From NCBI GenBank assembly GCA_964106645.2, contig OZ067038.1: 64,000 nucleotides of DNA. One strand, given 5' to 3'. Each line of letters opens with the position of its first letter. The stretch's first letter is position 1. This document shows, piece after piece, positions 61,501 through 64,000 of the stretch. The notes under the pieces were generated by a model. That model had not been told where the DNA came from and made no database searches. It saw only the letters and a list, made by a program, of their open reading frames with translations. The DNA is from Podarcis pityusensis (Eukaryota). The translations under genes were made by a program, and so were the position numbers.

Positions 61501-63906
61501 AAGAAGAAAAGTAATCTTACAATCTACAGAAACTAGTCCAGAACTGTGGGAAATGATTGCAGCGAAAATAAAACGTCATGTGTTGCTAAGTAAGCAAAGG
61601 GTTAAGACACATGGAGTTTCCCCCTGTAAATTCCTAGAGAGGGCATTCTGTGAGGTCACATCCTTTGCTTGCCCTAGCAAGAAAAGTAACAATGGGAAAA
61701 TAATCCTTACTACCTCCTCCATGCTCAGAGCTCAGTCTTTTTTCTCTGTCATGTAGCTGATGGGAAAGGATGCTAGTCCTGAGCCCTGACTCCATTTTGA
61801 TCTCAACTGTGTATTTTGTAATGTACAAGTATACTCTGCATGACTTGTTTTTCACTGCTACTTTCTGCTTTCTCATAATATACGTGTAAGTTGTATACAC
61901 ATGTATACACAGTCAGTCCTATGCCAACTGCAACTTACAGCAACTGCACTGTGGAAAGGAACTTTTGTTGCAGCTCCTGCTCTAGTGGGGCTGTTTTAGC
62001 AGTGCTCCAGGAGGGTTTTCCTAGCTGCTTTGGAAACTCTAGTCAAAAAGTAGGACATTAATCTACTAATGAAAGATATGGTGATACAGTTATAGTTAGG
62101 CACAGATATATACATAGGTGTGGATTTTAAAAATTACCTTATGTAGTTCAGCACCTTCAGTTTTGTCAACAATTCCTCCCGATATCATAAACTTTAGAGT
62201 TTCAGAAGCTGTGTTTAGCACTGTTTGGACTGCTTGTTTGGTTTTCACGCCTGTGACAATCTCTGGATAATCACGCTGCATTAACCCTAAAACAAATTAA
62301 AATATTAGTTACCTAAACAATTTTCTTTCAGTTGAGTTGGGATCAAACATTTCTTGCCTGAAAATACTGTTTGCCACAATGATCCCCTTTGCTGTTTACT
62401 TATGCTGTAAGTAACCCCATTTCAAAAAAACCCTGCCTGTTTCCTGAATTCAAGAGGAGCAGGAGCAGTCTTAATAATAAATACAATATCTTAGGACTTT
62501 AAATTTTCCTCAGAATTTTATAAAAGTTTTGGAAATTGGAATTAAATAAGTATAAATTATTTCTCAAGAACTACCCAGAACAATTTGTATGTACAGTGGT
62601 ACCTCGGGTTAAGAACTTAATTCGTTCTGGAGGTCTGTTCTTAACCTGAAACTGTTCTTAACCTGAAGCACCACTTTAGCTAATGGGGCCTCCTGCTGCC
62701 ACCTGCGCCGCCGGAGCACGATTTCTGTTTTCATCCTGAAGCAAAGTTCTTAACCCGAGGTACTATTTTTGGGTTAGCAGAGTCTGTAACCTGAAGCGTC
62801 TGTAACCCGAGGCACCACTGTATACCTCATTAAATTCCTACCTAACTCTTTCATAGCCTCTTGTTTGTTCATTTCCAATATTCTATGTATTTCCTGTAAA
62901 AAGGGAGAAAATACACCTTATATGTTAAGCAGAACTCGAGTTTCCTTGAAAGGTAATTACATATCTATAGCCACTAATGAATAATTATACCAATTTTTAA
63001 TAGTACATATGTATTTCTGTACTTATTTTTTAAGTATGATTTTATTCTTGCCCACAACCTAAATGCTTAAAGCACTTAAAATAAAGACAACTATAAAGCA
63101 GATTCCAGCTAGAATACAAACCATGGTTTACAATACTCACCAGGCAATGCTGGTTCATTTCAGTGAGATATGGGGAGGGAAGAAATCTGTGGCATGATTC
63201 CCATTTCCTAACAACTAAGTGTTATATCTGAACTGAGTTCCATTGGAGGGAGCCATTTTTTCTTTAACTTTGGAAAAGGGCATTTAAATGGAAGATATTA
63301 ATTTCTTTAGTTTTGAGCAGTCCACGTTATTTGGGGCTGTCCTCTCTACTACTTCAGAGGGCATCATCCTATGGTACTTAAAATTAATGTGGTTGCTTGA
63401 CGTAAACCAAGCTGTTTCGTTAAGGTTCAGTTCTCTTATCTTGATCTTGTTACATTCATTTTTTTTTTAGATTCTACTAGCCTGAACTACTTCCGTGTGC
63501 TCTGAGCTTTTTACAAGTACAAAATAGCATGTAATCCCCTTGTGAAGAGTTCTTCTCAAAATATATTATCGACTCTTTAAAGCAGAAAATGGGAACCTGT
63601 GGCTCTTCAGCTCCACCACCCCAGTCAGTATGGCCAATGGGTAGGTATGATGGAAGCTGTAGTCCATCTGGTTCCACAGGTTCCTCGTCCCTGCTTTAAG
63701 GAATGGTATCACAAGTGATGTAATTTTCTGCTTAAAATGTGATGTCATGTACTCACTTGATAAACTCTCTCATGGCCAGCAATCTGTCCAATTAAACAAT
63801 TTGTATCTTCTTCACCTTGAACATATCCTTTAGCGATATCATACCGGAAAGTGAGCTGTCTGTTTATTTGTTTCTCCAATAAATAAATCGTTCTAGGTAT
63901 CACAAG
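45235..63906 (-). CDS. SLC9C-family (SLC9C1/sNHE/NHE10-like) sperm-type Na+/H+ exchanger, 3' part (cytosolic helices, CNBD, beta-roll region); 5' part outside the window
   Basis: Nine phase-consistent GT-AG exons encoding [64 protein letters not shown] and TCFIS, motifs characteristic of SLC9C. Paralog identity is not determinable by eye. Confidence 0.9.
45790..45963. mobile_element. hAT-type MITE nested in a CR1/SINE 3' tail
   Basis: TIRs caggggtagtcaacct / aggctgactacctctg; perfect 8-bp TSD atctagtc (45782-45789, 45964-45971). Confidence 0.85.
47396..47519 (-). CDS. SLC9C-like exon ([18 protein letters not shown]...HSSRRP)
   Basis: attctag|GTA...G|gtatga; 124 nt; TKLLVV motif. Confidence 0.82.
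48416..48788 (+). mobile_element. Sauria SINE, near full length
   Basis: tRNA-like head (gctgtggtctaaaccac...B-box gttcgaatcc), conserved body (aataggtaccgct, atgctggccacatgacc) and acctt tail. Confidence 0.88.
49332..49517 (-). CDS. SLC9C-like exon ([14 protein letters not shown]...VILVHG...[13 protein letters not shown])
   Basis: cattgtag|GAC...CAG|gtaagg; 186 nt. Confidence 0.92.
49866..50220 (-). mobile_element. Sauria SINE with perfect 10-bp TSD cttttattaa
   Basis: Reverse complement of the 48416 element; (aaggta)n tail; TSD at 49856-49865 and 50221-50230. Confidence 0.9.
50605..50730 (+). mobile_element. Degraded tRNA/CORE-like SINE fragment
   Basis: ggttcaaatccccattcag.catgaagct.actg..tgacctt.ggccagt...gttgtgagaataaaa. 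Confidence 0.45.
51108..51243. mobile_element. Palindromic hAT-like MITE
   Basis: caggcataggcaaactc...ctacaactcccatcatccct...gagtttgcctatgcctg; degraded relatives near 9920, 46200, 52660 and 63600. Confidence 0.8.
51491..51628 (-). CDS. SLC9C-like exon ([16 protein letters not shown]...ENLPNQ)
   Basis: ttttttcag|ACA...CAG|gtaagc; 138 nt. Confidence 0.92.
52725..53110 (+). mobile_element. Old CR1 LINE 3' fragment
   Basis: Diverged similarity to 58620-59070 (aatgttggaagattca.gacaga; catctggttggccac.gtgaga). Confidence 0.6.
53274..53450 (-). CDS. SLC9C-like exon, CNBD phosphate-binding cassette (LSGSIPRYG...[32 protein letters not shown])
   Basis: gtttactag|CTT...CAG|gttgga; 177 nt open frame; absent from the supplied ORF track. 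Confidence 0.92.
55154..55490 (+). mobile_element. BovB (RTE clade) LINE, 5'-truncated 3' fragment
   Basis: Encodes [59 protein letters not shown]...; ends gtcacgaagagtcggacacgact; TSD-like ctgcaccaaac (55142) / ctgccccaaac (55492). Confidence 0.93.
55646..55869. mobile_element. Tc1/mariner-superfamily (Tigger-like) MITE
   Basis: TA|cagtggtac(c)tc ... gaggtaccactg|TA terminal inverted repeats; internal 14-bp tandem repeat. Confidence 0.85.
58310..59070 (+). mobile_element. CR1 LINE 3' fragment, interrupted by the insertion at ~58390-58610
   Basis: CR1 ORF2 C-terminal remnants (tttagtttagagaa...agaggtgacatgat; FFSL..NTRT.G..MKL...[10 protein letters not shown]...KLWNSL) plus 3'UTR. Confidence 0.8.
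58409..58607. mobile_element. Penelope-like-element-derived palindromic insertion with a (TATC)n tract
   Basis: Near-perfect inverted repeat 58409-58530 (gtccagtagcacctaagagaccaact...), followed by tail acacggctacctacctgaatcta. Confidence 0.65.
59676..59774 (-). CDS. SLC9C-like exon, CNBD N-terminal part ([33 protein letters not shown])
   Basis: attttcag|AGA...AAG|gtaaat; 99 nt. Confidence 0.93.
61372..61497 (-). CDS. SLC9C-like exon ([31 protein letters not shown]...EYIQ)
   Basis: ttctttag|ATG...CAG|gtaagc; 126 nt. Confidence 0.92.
62138..62286 (-). CDS. SLC9C-like exon ([19 protein letters not shown]...GAELHK)
   Basis: gttttag|GG...AAG|gtaatt; 149 nt. Confidence 0.93.
62594..62820. mobile_element. 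Tc1/mariner-superfamily MITE, same family as 55646
   Basis: TA|cagtggtacctc ... gaggcaccactg|TA; body closely matches 55646-55869. Confidence 0.87.
62842..62893 (-). CDS. SLC9C-like exon ([18 protein letters not shown])
   Basis: tttttacag|GAA...G|gtagga; 52 nt. Confidence 0.9.
63757..63906 (-). CDS. SLC9C-like exon ([34 protein letters not shown]...ERVYQ)
   Basis: tatttcag|CTT...CAA|gtgagt; 150 nt. Confidence 0.92.
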
Positions 63907-64000
63907 CTGAAATACATAATGTATTAAAATATACATATATCATGTATTGCACAGTTAATGGTCATACCAGACCATTACAGCTCCTTCAACATTACCCAGC

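Noticed and set aside
1-64000. Prokaryote-type systems (CRISPR, operons, defence islands) or endogenous viral ORFs
   Set aside because: No such signatures; the window is explained by two spliced vertebrate genes and squamate repeats.

Overview
Eukaryotic (vertebrate) genomic DNA, probably a lacertid-type squamate judging from its repeats (Sauria SINEs, BovB, CR1, squamate MITEs). Two intron-rich genes lie tail-to-tail. (1) Plus strand: nearly all of PPP6R3 (SAPS3, PP6 regulatory subunit 3), with a 151-nt 5'UTR exon (480-630), 22 core coding exons from ATG 9403 to TGA 42459, an 18-nt alternative microexon (39840-39857) and a ~1.5-kb 3'UTR. One coding exon is mostly hidden in a 148-N assembly gap; assuming the human 98-nt length for it, the protein is ~872 aa (878 with the microexon). 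(2) Minus strand: the 3' part (9 exons, 63906 to a probable stop at 45235) of an SLC9C-family sperm-type Na+/H+ exchanger, covering the cytosolic region and cyclic-nucleotide-binding domain; the gene continues beyond the window. Almost all ORFs in the supplied track are spurious or only partly overlap exons. I found no convincing wholly new biological system. The best leads are the non-mammalian-syntenic SLC9C gene with a degenerate phosphate-binding cassette, a strong-context in-frame uORF in PPP6R3, an exon bracketed by inverted SINEs, a MITE with perfectly inverted flanks, a 99-nt intronic hairpin, and candidate poison or decayed exons. Gene and repeat-family identities rest on my recollection of the reference sequences, not on database searches.
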